NCBI GenBank assembly: GCA_043228905.1
Contig: JBHGNT010000021.1
Span: 7,688,001-7,752,000 of the forward strand
Length of the DNA: 64,000 bases
Source of the DNA: Azolla caroliniana
Lineage: Eukaryota > Plantae > Polypodiophyta
Direction: 5' to 3'
Shown here: positions 24,511-37,100 of the stretch, piece by piece
Position numbering within the stretch: the stretch's first letter is position 1
How the letters are laid out: the number at the start of each line of letters is the position of its first letter
Translations under genes and position numbers: made by a program
The notes under the pieces: generated by a model
The model's input: the letters and a program-made list of their open reading frames with translations, nothing else
The model's database searches: none
What the model was told of the DNA's origin: nothing

Positions 24511-25645
24511 TGTTGGCAAAAAAGGCTGACTCCTTCCACTTTGTATCTTTAGAGTGAACACGTCTTCGAGTTAGGGCTTGGGTATATAAATCTCAACCCT
24601 AACATTGTATACTTAGAGAGAAGAGAGTTACAAAGAAGAGAATAAGAGAGAACTTCCATTGAAGCTTAATTTGTGTCTATCGTCTACCTTTCTTCCTCTT
24701 CTTGTTGTTGTCATATATCTGTGTTGTTTGTTGTACACATTTTACCTTTCAGGTCCTCCTCCTCCTCCTCCTCATCCGCTGTCCACCATCATATCTCCAA
24801 CAAGTGGTATCAGAGCGACCTTACTGTCCATCAGCAATGAAAAGCAGAAAAGTCTGAGAAGGGAAGCTATCCGACTGAAAGAAAAGATTAGGCCAACAAA
24901 ATCTACTTTCCAAAAAATGGCGACACAGTCCGACACAAATGTACATCATCCGAAAGTTCGATGGGAAGAACTTCGCCCTATGGAAAGAGATGATGCAGGA
25001 TGTACTCATCATCCGCCAACAACAACAACACAACAACAAACCAACCTTGATGATAGCCCAAGAGTGGCGTTCACTGGACGAGATAGCCAGGTCAACCATT
25101 TGAATGCATCTAGCTGAGAACGTCTATTTCAAGATGGCAAAGGAGATGATTGCATTCTATTTGTGGGAAAAACTACATGCGGTGTACGAGAAGAAATCCT
25201 CCTCATCAAAGCTGATGCTAATTTGACAGTTATTCAACATGAAGATGAGAGAGACGATTCCAACAACCTCCCACATCAACACCTTCAATCGGGTGTTATT
25301 TGAAATCTCCTCCCAAGGGATCAACTTCAAAGAAGAAGTTAAAGCCCTTGCCCTCCTGTCGAGGTTGCCAGTGAGTTGGGAGGTATTCTGCAAGACTTTT
25401 GCCAATAGTTGTTTGAATCTAAATCTAGATGAGACGATCAGACAAATCCTCACCGAGGATATTCGGCGAAAATCGATGGGACTCACCATCGACGAGTCGA
25501 TAGAAGCCCACTACTTGATCGAGCGATATAATCGAGAGAACTAGTAAAAACTCTAGTCGACCAAGAAAGAGGGGAGACCGACAACGGATGAAGTCGAGGA
25601 ATAGTCGATCAAGTGATTTTTGCACCCACTACAGAAAAGCTCATA

Positions 25646-25967
25646 CATACAGATATATGTGGGCCTATGCCCGAGTGATCACTAGGAGGCTCACGGTACT
25701 TCATCACAGTCGTAGATGATTGTACTCAAAAAGTCTGGGCCTATTCAATTAGGTCGAAAGACGAAGCTCTCGAGGTCTTCACCCGGTGGTTAGCTGAAGT
25801 GGAGAACATACAGATATATGTGGGCCTATGCCCGAGTGATCACTAGGAGGCTCACGGTACTTCATCACAGTCGTAGATGATTGTACTCAAAAAGTCTGGG
25901 CCTATTCAATTAGGTCGAAAGACGAAGCTCTCGAGGTCTTCACCCGGTGGTTAGCTGAAGTGGAGAA
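25646..25967 (+). repeat. Perfect 161-bp tandem duplication inside the copia integrase
   Basis: CATACAGATATATGTGGG...GTGGAGAA at 25646-25806 is repeated at 25807-25967. Confidence 0.95.
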
Positions 25968-27093
25968 CCGATCAGGATACAGAGTGAAGTCACTCTGATC
26001 CGACAATGGAGGCGAATATACCTCCTGAGCCTTCAAGCAGTACCTGTCCGACAAATGTATCCGGCACCAAAAGACCGTTCCTTACACACCCATGCAGAAT
26101 GGTGTGGCGGAACGGATCAACCGAACGATCCGGGAGAGGGTGATGACAATGATCTAGCACTCCGGACTAAAGCTGGAATTCCGGGCTGGAGCATTGCAGA
26201 CGGCAGTCTACCTGATAAACTTATCACTGTCGAAAGCAATTAGGCTCAAAGTGCCACATGCACTATGGTAAGGCAAAACATCGACCTAAAACATGCTTCG
26301 TAGATTTGGATGTGAAGCATATGTATTTATCCCTATGGAGAAAAGGACCAAATTGGCGCCCCATGCAACAAAGTGCATATTCCTCGGTTATGGAACCGAT
26401 GGGGAATTCGGCTATAGGCTATGGGATCCAGAGAATCGGAAATTGATACGTAGTAGTGACATAGTCTTCAATAAAGACTCAATTCTCTTTGAATGGAAGC
26501 AGCCGAAAACGGTCGGCAAAAAGGTTTGCTTCGAAATCGATAGAGATGTCGTAGAAGGACCGACCCATCGGGCCGAATTGGAAATTCGACAAACAGTCAA
26601 AGAAAACCAAGCCAATGATCCCTCTACCGAATCCATATCAGCAAAAGGTCCACTAGTCGAAATAGATTCAATTAAGAGATTGAAAAGAGTTGAAAAAGAT
26701 AGAGTTCAAATGAGCAAATCACCCAAATAGGCCAAGGTACCAAAAGGTCGCACAAAACTAACCAAATAACAATCAATCTTGAAGAAGGGGAGGATGACTC
26801 AACATCGCCGAAATCCTGTAGCAGGGGAAAATCATCCAGAAGGACCCTTGAGGACGGTTCAACCAATATCGATCAACCGAAAGAGATGATCGAAGAATCC
26901 GAACCGAACACGTCGACACCCAGGAGATCTGGATGAGTTCGAAGGCTGATAGAGTTCTATCAACTGGGCCTTGATTACGTCAATTACATGGACGCAAGCG
27001 AAGCAAGCTCTTACAAGGAACCTTTAGCCGCGCCGGATGCCAACACATGGCGACAAGCCATGAGATCCAACATAGAATCAATCCATCAGAATC

Positions 27094-27384
27094 TGTTGAG
27101 AATCAAACTCAACTTCCTGTGAGTGGGAACACACTCTAGGATACTCAAGTGTGTGAACACCCCACCTCTTTGTATAGTAACTAGTGTGTCATAGAAGTTA
27201 ATGTCCTATGACACATATTCCTTAAGTAGTTAATACACGACCTCTTTCCCAAGAGGTGGTACTAGTGAGAGAACTTAGAGAGAAGGTGACTACATAAGCA
27301 CCTTCTCTCGCTATTTGTAGTTGTTGGTTAATCTTGCTTTCTTTGTAATACAATTTTCTGATTTTCTGTAATCGTGAGCTCTCT

Positions 27385-27417
<33 letters not shown>

Positions 27418-27468
27418 GACACACACACACAATTCTTCCATTGCATAGAATCCATCCGATTCTTTACA
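27094..27468 (+). mobile_element. Solo LTR (375 bp) with 5-bp TSD GAATC
   Basis: TG...CA termini, GAATC at 27089-27093 and 27469-27473. Removing it restores copia RT ESIHQNQTWELV. Confidence 0.92.
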
Positions 27469-27589
27469 GAATCAAACATGGGAGCTAGTCGAACTACCAG
27501 CCGGAAGGAAGTTGCTGCCTTGCAAATGGGCCATTAGATACAAATATGTATCTGATTCGGAGAAACCCAAATACAAAGCCCAAATGGGT

Positions 27590-28197
27590 CTCATGATCTT
27601 CCTGAAAACTGAGACTTTGTTGACGACATTTTTGTTTTAGAACATAATGTCAATCTTCTCCCAGAGGATGTTCGCCTTGTTTTCTTCATTGAAGTTGTTG
27701 TATAGACTCATGTCTATGAAACACTGTATGTATGCCGCTACCTTCAGATGCACCGATCATGTCGGAATTGGTCTTCCCATATTGCACTGGCAACCAGAGA
27801 TCTTTGCATACCAACATGTCTCTCATCTTTGACTTCCACATTGAGTAGTTGGAGCCGGTTAGCTTGAACAATCCCCCGAATGTGTCTTCCATTTTCTTTC
27901 TCTTGAAGGTAATGAACCTTGCTCTGATACCAATTTATTGTAAAATAGGGTTCGGCCACAACTGAGATTCAAGCACAAAGGAGAGAAAAAAGGAAAAATA
28001 AAAAAATGATTCACTTACACGGAGACACATGATATTAGCGTGGAAAACCCCCCAACTGGATAAAAACCATAGGTCTTGGAGCCCACTGACTCCAAATAGT
28101 TCACTATGAGAGGCAATACAATGAGACTCTCAGGCAACAACCTCGAGCTCGTCTTCTTCGCCTACAGGCGGTTACAACCGAGATGCCCTGCTTTCAG

Positions 28198-28246
<49 letters not shown>

Positions 28247-28501
28247 AAGTCAAATCTCTATTGTCTCTATACATAATTTTTTTCCCCTAGTTATCTTTAT
28301 ACTTATATAATTATTACAATTCACAAATCTGGCCTAAATAGGCGTAGCGAAACGTATTTACAAATATAGCCATTTCCAGATGCCTCTCCGGCTCTGATCC
28401 GGACGCTAATCCGGATCCGGATCCAGATTTGCTTTTCCTTTGGATTCAACTAATCCGACTTGTGCTCTCTTTCTTATCCAGAGGGACTTGTTTTCCCAAC
28501 A
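27590..28501 (-). mobile_element. Truncated Ty1/copia element (5' LTR ~27936-28501, PBS, gag N-terminus)
   Basis: Minus-strand TGTTGGG start at 28501; PBS TGGTATCAGAGC 27921-27932; gag start MEDTFGGLFKLTGSNYSMWKSKMRDMLVCKDLW. Confidence 0.85.
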
Positions 28502-28959
28502 TAATGTAGGTGAAGGTAGGTCACTAATATTTACAAACTATAAGTGAAGGGTATCCTCACTAATGTTAGAAAGGGACTAATATGATTGGATAGAATGAAT
28601 GATAGGTGCATGCACTATCTTAATCTTGAAAACCCATGAATGGAGTCTTTTAGAAAAGGACACCTATTCAAGGGGCCTAGCAAGAAGTACAAATATGAGG
28701 ACTAACTACCCTCATAAAACACATTACATTGGAAGGTTGAAGTCTTGAGACACTAGTGTTGCGAGCTCGGGTTTCATCTCATGTTTACCTATTCTATGGT
28801 GCAAGTCATCCTAATATTTGTTGGTATGGGACATCAGTGGTAGTTTGACCACGTCTTTATCATAGTTCTGTGTTAGTCAGGAGGATTAGGTTCTTCTATC
28901 CAATCTATTTACCTTATTTTACTTTTATTTGGTCTATTGATAAGTAATAGATTCTTAAC

Positions 28960-29720
28960 ATTCTCAACCCCATATTGGTTCACAAAGACTCCACCAAACC
29001 TTTCACTCTAGAAGCATATGCATTCAAATTCATACTTAGGAGTGTCCTATAACAAAATGTAGACGTCGGACAATTATACTTAATACTCATGTTCTACTAA
29101 CGAAAACTCAAGGATATGGAAATCAATTTATGAGGTTCATGAAAAAAATATTTTATCCTTTGTGGATTCCTTTGACAAGAACTTGCCACCTAGAAGGTTC
29201 TTCCCATCATGTTATTGTATAAAATGATCATACACTTGAATCTTGAGTTTAGAATAAGCTCATCGGGCCAAATTTCTAACACATTTTGACTTCTTGATCT
29301 TGTATCACCTTGGGGCACTAGAAGAGAAAGATGGTGCTTTATCTCGACATTCATATATGGCACATGGTCTTAGAAAAGAAGGTTTTGATTGACAAATAGA
29401 GTCCATTGCAGAAGTATTGATACAAATGTTTTCACCTAGGATATCTTGAATCAAATTGTTCCCCATCACCTTCTCTTTCTAGGTCTAACAATTTTCATAA
29501 AAATTATAATCACCTTCTCTTTCGAGGTCTAACAACTTTCATAAAAATTATAATCAATTCAATTTGCATGATGGATTACGCTTTCAAAATAATATTCTAT
29601 ACTTGACTCTAAGTCTTGCAACACTACTATGACACATCAATAGTCAGATAGTTTGGTGTCTTTAAGGCTTTACAGATTGTTATACAGACATTGAGAATAT
29701 ATTTTATACCATAGTGAAGC
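28960..29720 (+). pseudogene. Degenerate Ty3/gypsy RNase H/integrase remnant
   Basis: HKDSTKPFTLEAYAFKFILRSVL resembles the RT-RNase H motif KPFxLETDAS..GAVL, followed by a DGL..NILY segment resembling the start of integrase. Confidence 0.5.
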
Positions 29721-31607
29721 TTCGAATTTGTATAATATTGAATCTTTAATTAAATATCAGGCATTGCGTATTCCACCTTTAAATTGCAAAATATGTTATA
29801 ATGTTGACGCTATGTTTTTTTTTGTGTAAAATTGGATTGTTGACTCCTATGGGCAAAATAGTTGGTACTATACACAATCTCTAAAGCATATGTGCCAAGG
29901 AAATATTATAGTTATAACTTATAACTTATAAGTAAATATGTGTATGACATTAAAAACCAACTCACAAGTTATGCTTAACTATGATATCCATGTCATCTTT
30001 CCCAGCCTGTGCAATCTGGTGCTTTTTTATCTTTCCAATTTCTCCCATTATAATCAATCTCTTTCCATACATGGACTCCTTGCATGCTCTAAATATTCAA
30101 TTATTGATAAAATGGTCCTTCACATAGACGATTATATTAAACTTAATGTGATAGAGGTTAATCACTAACCTCATTTTGATGCCAAGGTTAAGAACCCTCC
30201 AGTCTCTCTCTCTCTCTTTGTGCTTCAACATATGAATACCCCTTCTTAGGAAGGAGACATATATCAAGAACACATGTATAATCTGGTCCCATAGGTCAAA
30301 ATTGGCCTCTTTATGGATGATAAAAATTCTAATTCTAATTCTCTCTCTCTCTCTCTCTCTCTCCCAAAGAATGCATTGGCAAATGATAAGAAGAAGAAGA
30401 AGAAATAAGATGCGTAGTGTGCTATGTTTGTCCTCCCAACCTTGGAACACACTTTTATATATTAAGAATCCATCATCGAAGTTGGCATCCATATCCATCC
30501 ACATCTCCACACAACAATACAGTTGTGTCAATACATGCCTAGAACGTGTCAAAATGGTCTCATGTCTTACCAAATGCGCTAGTCACCAAGTGAGCTTTTG
30601 CAAGCAAAGGACATCGAGCAAGTCTTTGTGATGTGTGAATGACTAGGACTATTCAGGTTGCCACTCACTCGTCTTTCATCTACACCAGCTTCTAGGCTTG
30701 CTTATGAAGTTCTCTACTCACCAAGTGAGCTTTTGCTAGAAAGTCTTTGTCGGGGACAAGTTGGGTTGCCACTCATCTTTGGTATGCAATGGCTTCTAGG
30801 CTGCTGACGATTAGTCGTGGTGTTCAATCAATCAAGTCTTGGGCTGTGGTCTGTGGAGGCTACAGGCAGGGTTAAAAATGTGGTCCGTGGAGGCTAGAGG
30901 CAAGGTTAAAAATGAGACTGATTAGAGTGGCGGCGAAATCTGGGTTTCTGATGAGTTGAAGGTCCCCCAGATTTCACAAGAGCGGAGTCACGACTCACGA
31001 TTATGTATATATGTATGTATATATACATATTACAATTTACATATAATGAGGATTACAGTCTTCATACAATTTTGACTGGTCAAGATCGGAGTGCCTTGAC
31101 TTTCTTGCTTTTCTTGCTTCTCTTGTATGTATTTCTGTGTATTTTTCTTCCACAACACCACAGAAACCCTAATTCAAGTCTCCCCGTCGTGTTTCAGGAC
31201 AGAGCATAAACCCTCCTTCACAGTATTGCAGGAATCCACCCTTTTCTTCACGATCGATCGACAACAACAACAACAACAACCCTACACTCTGATCTGATCT
31301 ACTGTCTGTGTATTTCAAAAACAGGGCGGAATCATCCCTAAGTTCACATCTCACCCAGGAATACGCTCTTACTCAAATTAGAGGAAAATTTTCCAAATTC
31401 ACAACAGGTGGAAAGCCTCCCACCAATTCAAAACTGATCAGAAGGTTAGAATCGACTATAAAGAAAGCATGATTCACACAATAGAACAGAAAGAAAACCC
31501 TAATCCTCTGTCTCTGCCTATATTTTAGAACAGGTCATATTAGTTCAGGATCAACTTGCCCTAGATTTGCTAAAAAAGCAAAGAAAAAATCAGAACTATA
31601 TCCTCAG

Positions 31608-34600
31608 ATGAATTTCAAGGAAGAAGATCTCCTCGTCAACAGCCATCTACCTCTGCAAGCTTCAATGGAGCCTTTAAGATCAGAAAATTTTCTCCATAGC
31701 CCAAGCTTCGATATGCCGGATGCAGATCTACTTTCTCACCTTATAGAGTTGGTCAATGAGATCTCGAATATAGGAGAATATTCCAAAAGAATCTTCAAGA
31801 CAGAATGTAGTAACCTTACTAGAAGAGTGAAACTTCTTGCCCCTCTGTTTGATGAGGCTAAAGAACAGAAAAGATCTCTGCCTGAAGAAGCGTTGTCTTG
31901 CTTTAAGTCAATCGAGAACGCCATGCAGAGTGCTCGTGAGCTTCTCAAATCTTGCCATTTTGGTAGCAAATTGTACTCTGTAAGTGAAAAATCGTGTTAT
32001 TCTGGTAGGCAATAGATCTGGTAAGAGAAAATTCTCCCATTCTGGTAACAAATTAGCTGCAGTAAGTGAAAAAAAAAATGCATTCTGGTTGCCAATTGTA
32101 TCTGATCAGTGAAAATTGGTTTAATTCTCTGTGAATCACCAAAAGAGGATTATAGAATAGGAACCAGAAGACTATTTGTTCTCCTTGAGCAATAAAAGAA
32201 TATCTGTATTTTCTTCACCAATAGAACAAGCTTCAGTTTGCTTGAGCAATTGAAAAATATCCGTTTTTTCATGAGCAACAGGTAGGGTTTAAGTTTGTTT
32301 TAGCTTGAGCAATATAATATTTAAAAAATCCGTTTTAGCTTGAGCAATAGAATTTTGAAAAAGGTTCGTTTTTGCTTGAGCAATAGAAGCTAGAAGAAGA
32401 TTTGTTTTTGCTTGAGCAACAGAAGTGAGAAGCAAATTTGTTTTTGCTTGAGCAATAGAAGCCTGAAGAAGATTTGATTTTACTTGAGCAATAGAAGCCA
32501 GAAGAAGATTTGTTTTTTCTTGAGCAATAGAAGCTTGAAGAAGATTTGTTTTTGCTTGAGCAATAGAAGCTAGAAGAAGATTTCTCTTTTCTTGAGCAAT
32601 AGAAGCTTGGTGAAGATTTTATTTTTTGCTTGAATTATATCAGCCAGAAGAAGGTTCTGTTTGCTTGAAGGTGATTTGTTTTTACAATTTTTGAAGAAGA
32701 TTGTTTCTGTTTAGCTAGTTGTAAATTTTTCTTTTCCTTGAGCAATAGCAACTAGAAGAAGATTCCTTTTTTAGCTTGAGCAATAGTAGCTAGAGAAAGA
32801 AAGACAGATTTCTGCTTGACCACTAGCAGGAGAACAATATTTGATTTTGCTTGAACAGAGCTTGCCAATCTTGCTGAAAAGAGCAGAGTCTTTAAATCTT
32901 GGCATATCCAGTAACTGGAAATATGTCATCCTCTTTGAATTATAATACTCAGGATAACACCTGTTTATAATCTGACAAGGAATTCCCTGGGCATTTGAAA
33001 CCGATTTATCAGATGATATTTTGTATGATAACCTCCCTTCATAACTGACTATGAATTTCCTGGGCATTTAAAACAAAACTTTTCGGATAACATTTTGTGC
33101 ATAATAATAGACTTCCATGATGAGGATTAGGAGAGGTATTTGAATTAAACATTCTTGTGCACAAATGTTGATCAAGCTTTGTTTTGTAATAGTATTTTTG
33201 TGTGTAATTGCTGATAAAGATTTGTGCTGTATTGGCCCAATGCCAAATTCCTGCATTTATTAAAATATTGCTGTCATTTTTTGCTTTTTTGGCATTGCAA
33301 GGCATTTCTGTAGTGTGAAGTTGGCATGTTCTCATCCTTGCATATATTGTCTGAAGCACTAGCATCCCAAGATTTTAAAGCACTTTCACACAAAGAAATA
33401 TTGTACAATATCATGATCTTCATAATAAGGTTGCTCAGTGAATTCTGGGAGTACTGTTTCTAATATGAAACGAAAAAAAATGAGATTAGTTTTCATTTTT
33501 TGGTGAAAATTTTGAACTTACGGTGCTATGAGTAAATAGTTAAGACTGAAATGTTTTTTAATGTTATCTCAGGTTTTAGAGAGAGACAGTGTTTTAGCCC
33601 AATTCTCAACAGTCACGAAAGAGCTAGAAAAGGCACTTGATGATGTGCCTTATACATTGCTTGAGATATCGGATGAAGTACAAGAGCAGGTTTACTTCAC
33701 CTGATCTACAATTAAATTAGCTCTGCAGAAGAATGCATTAATATTAATGCATTGCACACATGAAATGCTGTTATAATGAAGAATATCATATGGTCATGCA
33801 GGTTGAACTAGTGCATTTGCAGTTGAAAAGAGCAAAAGGAAGAGCAGATATTCAAGATATTGAACTATACAATGACATCACAAGTATACTATCACAAGAA
33901 AGCAATACTGAAGCTACTAATGCTTCATTGAAAAGATTGGCTGAGAAGCTCTCGTTGAAGACACAATCAGACATAAAGCAAGAGAGACGAGCTTTGGATA
34001 TTGAACTCGCTAAAGGTGAAGCAAAGAGCAAGGATGTTAATGAGCTTCTTTCCCTCTTGGAACAGCTTAGCGAGATTGCAGCTAACAACATTGTTTCACT
34101 GGATACCCTTGAAAATGATACAATATCAGAGAATCTAAGCTCACCTATAATTCCGGATGATTTCCGTTGCCCCATCTCTTTGGAGCTCATGAAAGACCCA
34201 GTCATTGTTGCAACTGGACAGGTCAGTCAAAAAGTATTATAATTCCCAAATTGACATATAAAACTATGAAGTCATGCACTTGCTTAATTTATTGTTTCAT
34301 AAACTTCTGATGCTTTTTATGAACATTGAAGACATATGAGCGAGCATGCATCCAGAAGTGGATTGATGATGGAAACAAGACGTGCCCAAAGACCCGGCAA
34401 ACTTTAAATCACTTCATATTAACACCCAACTACGTGCTGAAGAGTTTAATTGCACAGTGGTGTGAAACCCATGGTATCGAGCTTCCAAAGAAGGTCAGAA
34501 CATAAAATAAAGCAATCAGTTCTTGAATTTTCTTTTTAGGAAAGCACCAAAATACCCCAAACATTTTTGGTTATTTCCTGAAATATTACTGTTTTCAACA

Positions 34601-35773
34601 ATTACCAGAATACCCTTGTGATGTAGAATTTACAACTGCAGATGGGTATTCTAGTAATATTTTGAAAACTTCAGAATATTCTGGTATAGATTGAGAAAGT
34701 TAGTGGTATTATGGAGTTTTTGGCCATTTTCTTCTTGTATTCATATATACGGTGGTCTGGCACATATACACATGGATATGTTCAAGTCTTATTGCTATTT
34801 CATTGGTTTATAATTTCTCTCTAGAAGTCTTGTGGCGTTATGTGGCTACTAAGTCTGGCATTGCATACAGATTCCCCCGGGTGATCGTCAGGCAATCGAG
34901 GTTTTGCTTCAGAAGCTAGCATTGGGTGCACCAGATGTACAGAGGGCAGTTGCTGGTGAAATAAGAATGTTAGCAAAGAGAAGCGGAGAGAATCGTGTTT
35001 GTATAGCAGAGGCGGGTGCCATCCCATCTCTTGTGAACCTCCTCTCATCCTCCGATGAAAGCACTCAAGAGCATGCAGTAACGGCATTGCTAAATCTCTC
35101 GATTCATGAAGCAAACAAGGCACTGATTGTTTCAGCTAAGGCTATAGGTCCTATTGTTGAAGTGCTAAAGAATGGAAGCATGGAAGCTCGGGAAAATGCC
35201 GCTGCAACACTTTTTAGTCTTTCCGTTGTTGATGAGAACAAGGTGACAATAGGTTCTTCTGGAGCAATACCTGCACTGGTCAGCCTTTTACGTGAAGGTT
35301 CTTCAAGAGGCAAGAAAGATGCTGCAACGGCCCTCTTCAATCTATCTATATATCAGGGAAACAAAGCGAAAGCCGTGAGAGCAAATGTGGTACCACCATT
35401 GATGAGTCTTCTAGTGGATCCATCATCTGATATGGTGGATGAAGCTCTTGCTATACTAGCTATTCTTACCACACATCAAGAAGGAAGGACGGCCATTAGT
35501 CAGGCATCGGCGATGCCTGTATTAGTAGAACTTCTCAAATCTGGATCACCTAGGAATAAAGAGAATGCTGCAGCCGTGTTATTAGCTCTTTGCATGAATG
35601 ATCCTTCATTGACAGCCCAAGCTGTTCAGTTTGGTGTTCGTGGCCCTTTAATTGAGCTTATTAGTATTGGGACGACCAGAGCACGCCGTAAAGCTTCGTC
35701 ACTATTGGAACATATAAACAAATTCGATAGAGGTAGCCCCCTACTAGGAGCATATGAACAAACCTATAAATAA
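31608..35773 (+). CDS. U-box/armadillo-repeat E3 ubiquitin ligase (UND-U-box-ARM, PUB13/PUB14-like), 5 exons, ~657 aa
   Basis: Exons 31608-31979, 33573-33689, 33802-34221, 34332-34493, 34871-35773; GT-AG, total 1974 nt in frame. [17 protein letters not shown] and GSKLY; U-box [32 protein letters not shown]; ARM repeats [37 protein letters not shown]. Confidence 0.95.
32180..32830 (+). repeat. ~35-bp minisatellite in PUB intron 1
   Basis: Recurrent unit GCTTGAGCAATAGAAGC(T)AGAAGAAGATTTGTTTTT, more than a dozen TTGAGCAA cores. Confidence 0.9.
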
Positions 35774-36149
35774 CTTTACAAATGCTTTGCCAAATTTTCT
35801 GTTCATTTTTGTATTTACATGTTCATCGCTTGCGCTATACTTCAAGGTGCGTTAAAAGGAAGGTTTTCCCGACCCCTAACATTGTAAAATGTTGTTCTTG
35901 TAATACATTGTATCAAAATAAATGGTTCACACTTTGTGGAAAACCGTAACAATGTTATTCTTCTAATACTTTGTATCAAAATAAATGGTTCACACTTAGT
36001 GAAAAACCTTAGGACATATCCACTCTGTATTCTTGCTGGACATTGCTATTATCATAATTCTGACATGTAAACAAATATATTATTTATTCTGTCCAATGTA
36101 ATGTCACCATGTTTTGAGTATTATTTGACAATCTACCCCCAAATTTGTA

Positions 36150-37100
36150 TTAGTTGCCAACCATTTTCAATTGAAAATGTATGTCACAAAGACTTTGCCG
36201 AGATTTCCACACATTGAATGGTATGTATGTAAAGGAAAATTGGCCAAGATTGAGTGGATTGAATGATTGATTGTTTGTCTACACAATATTAGACAACCCC
36301 TATCACATGGTAATTCGACCTTAACAAATTGCACTGCTTACAAAGCTTTATCACCTCTACTCAGAAATTGGTGCCAAGGAACATGTGGACATGTGCTCCT
36401 CTATCCCACACTCTACATCGATGAAATGTGAACTTGGTAGAATTGCATGGTAAGACTCAAGATGTAGCCAATCTCGTAATTGAACAACTAAGAGAGTAAC
36501 CTTGTATAATGACTATCAACATAATCTTTCTCGATCCCAAGACCTTTTGTTGTGATAGCACTCAATGACACATTCATACCCATCTTCATTTGTGGATTTG
36601 CCTCTTTGTCTTCATTACATCGATGATAATATCATGGAACTCCTTTTTGGCAATCCCGAGGAATTCCATCAATGTGAATTCCACTTGACTATCCAAAATC
36701 CTTTCTTCCATCATGTGCTTAAGGTAAGTGGTATGTTTATCTTTGAGCAAAGTGTGAATGTCAGTCCCATTCTTTCTTTCCTTTTTTTGTTTGCCATTGG
36801 AGTTGTTGTAAATTCTTCTCTTGTATCATGTTTCTTCGAAGGGCTCACTTGCTCATCCGGTCTTTTCCTCTTCTCTTTGACAAGAACTTCATAATTTTTA
36901 CGTTTGGCTTCAACAAAGCCCGTTTTCTCATCCATAGGGTCATTCCAACCTATCATTATCTGAATTCTTCGCTTAGCTTCATAAGCCTCATCCACACGGA
37001 ACTTCCCCTTTTCTAACTTGGTTCAAAATAATCAGCCAAAATTCTCCTTCTTGCGGGCCTTGGACCCTTGTATTATATGACCAACTCGAACTCCAACTGA
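36150..37100 (-). pseudogene. Degenerate gypsy gag-protease fragment, same family as 62963-63919
   Basis: Minus strand reads ILDSQVEFTLMEFLGIAKKEFHDIIIDVMKTKRQ, matching ILDSRVDFSLRELLGIAKKEFHDLLVDLVKRKRQ. Confidence 0.75.

Larger units (their letters stand above)
24511..27590 (+). mobile_element. Degenerate Ty1/copia retrotransposon (5' LTR 24511-24802, PBS, gag, INT, start of RT), 3' truncated
   Basis: LTR TGTTGG...CCAACA; PBS TGGTATCAGAGC 24805-24816; gag LWEKL..VYEK; INT HTDICGP, TPMQNGVAER, FGCEAYV..KRTKLAP..KCIFLGY; RT start NQTWELVELPAGRKLLPCKW. Confidence 0.9.

Noticed and set aside
29467-29554. 44-bp tandem duplication as a functional element
   Set aside because: A simple slippage duplication inside a dead gypsy remnant.
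34825-34870. Upstream acceptor (CTAG at 34821-34824) for the last PUB exon
   Set aside because: It is out of frame with the ARM region; the acceptor at 34870 keeps frame.
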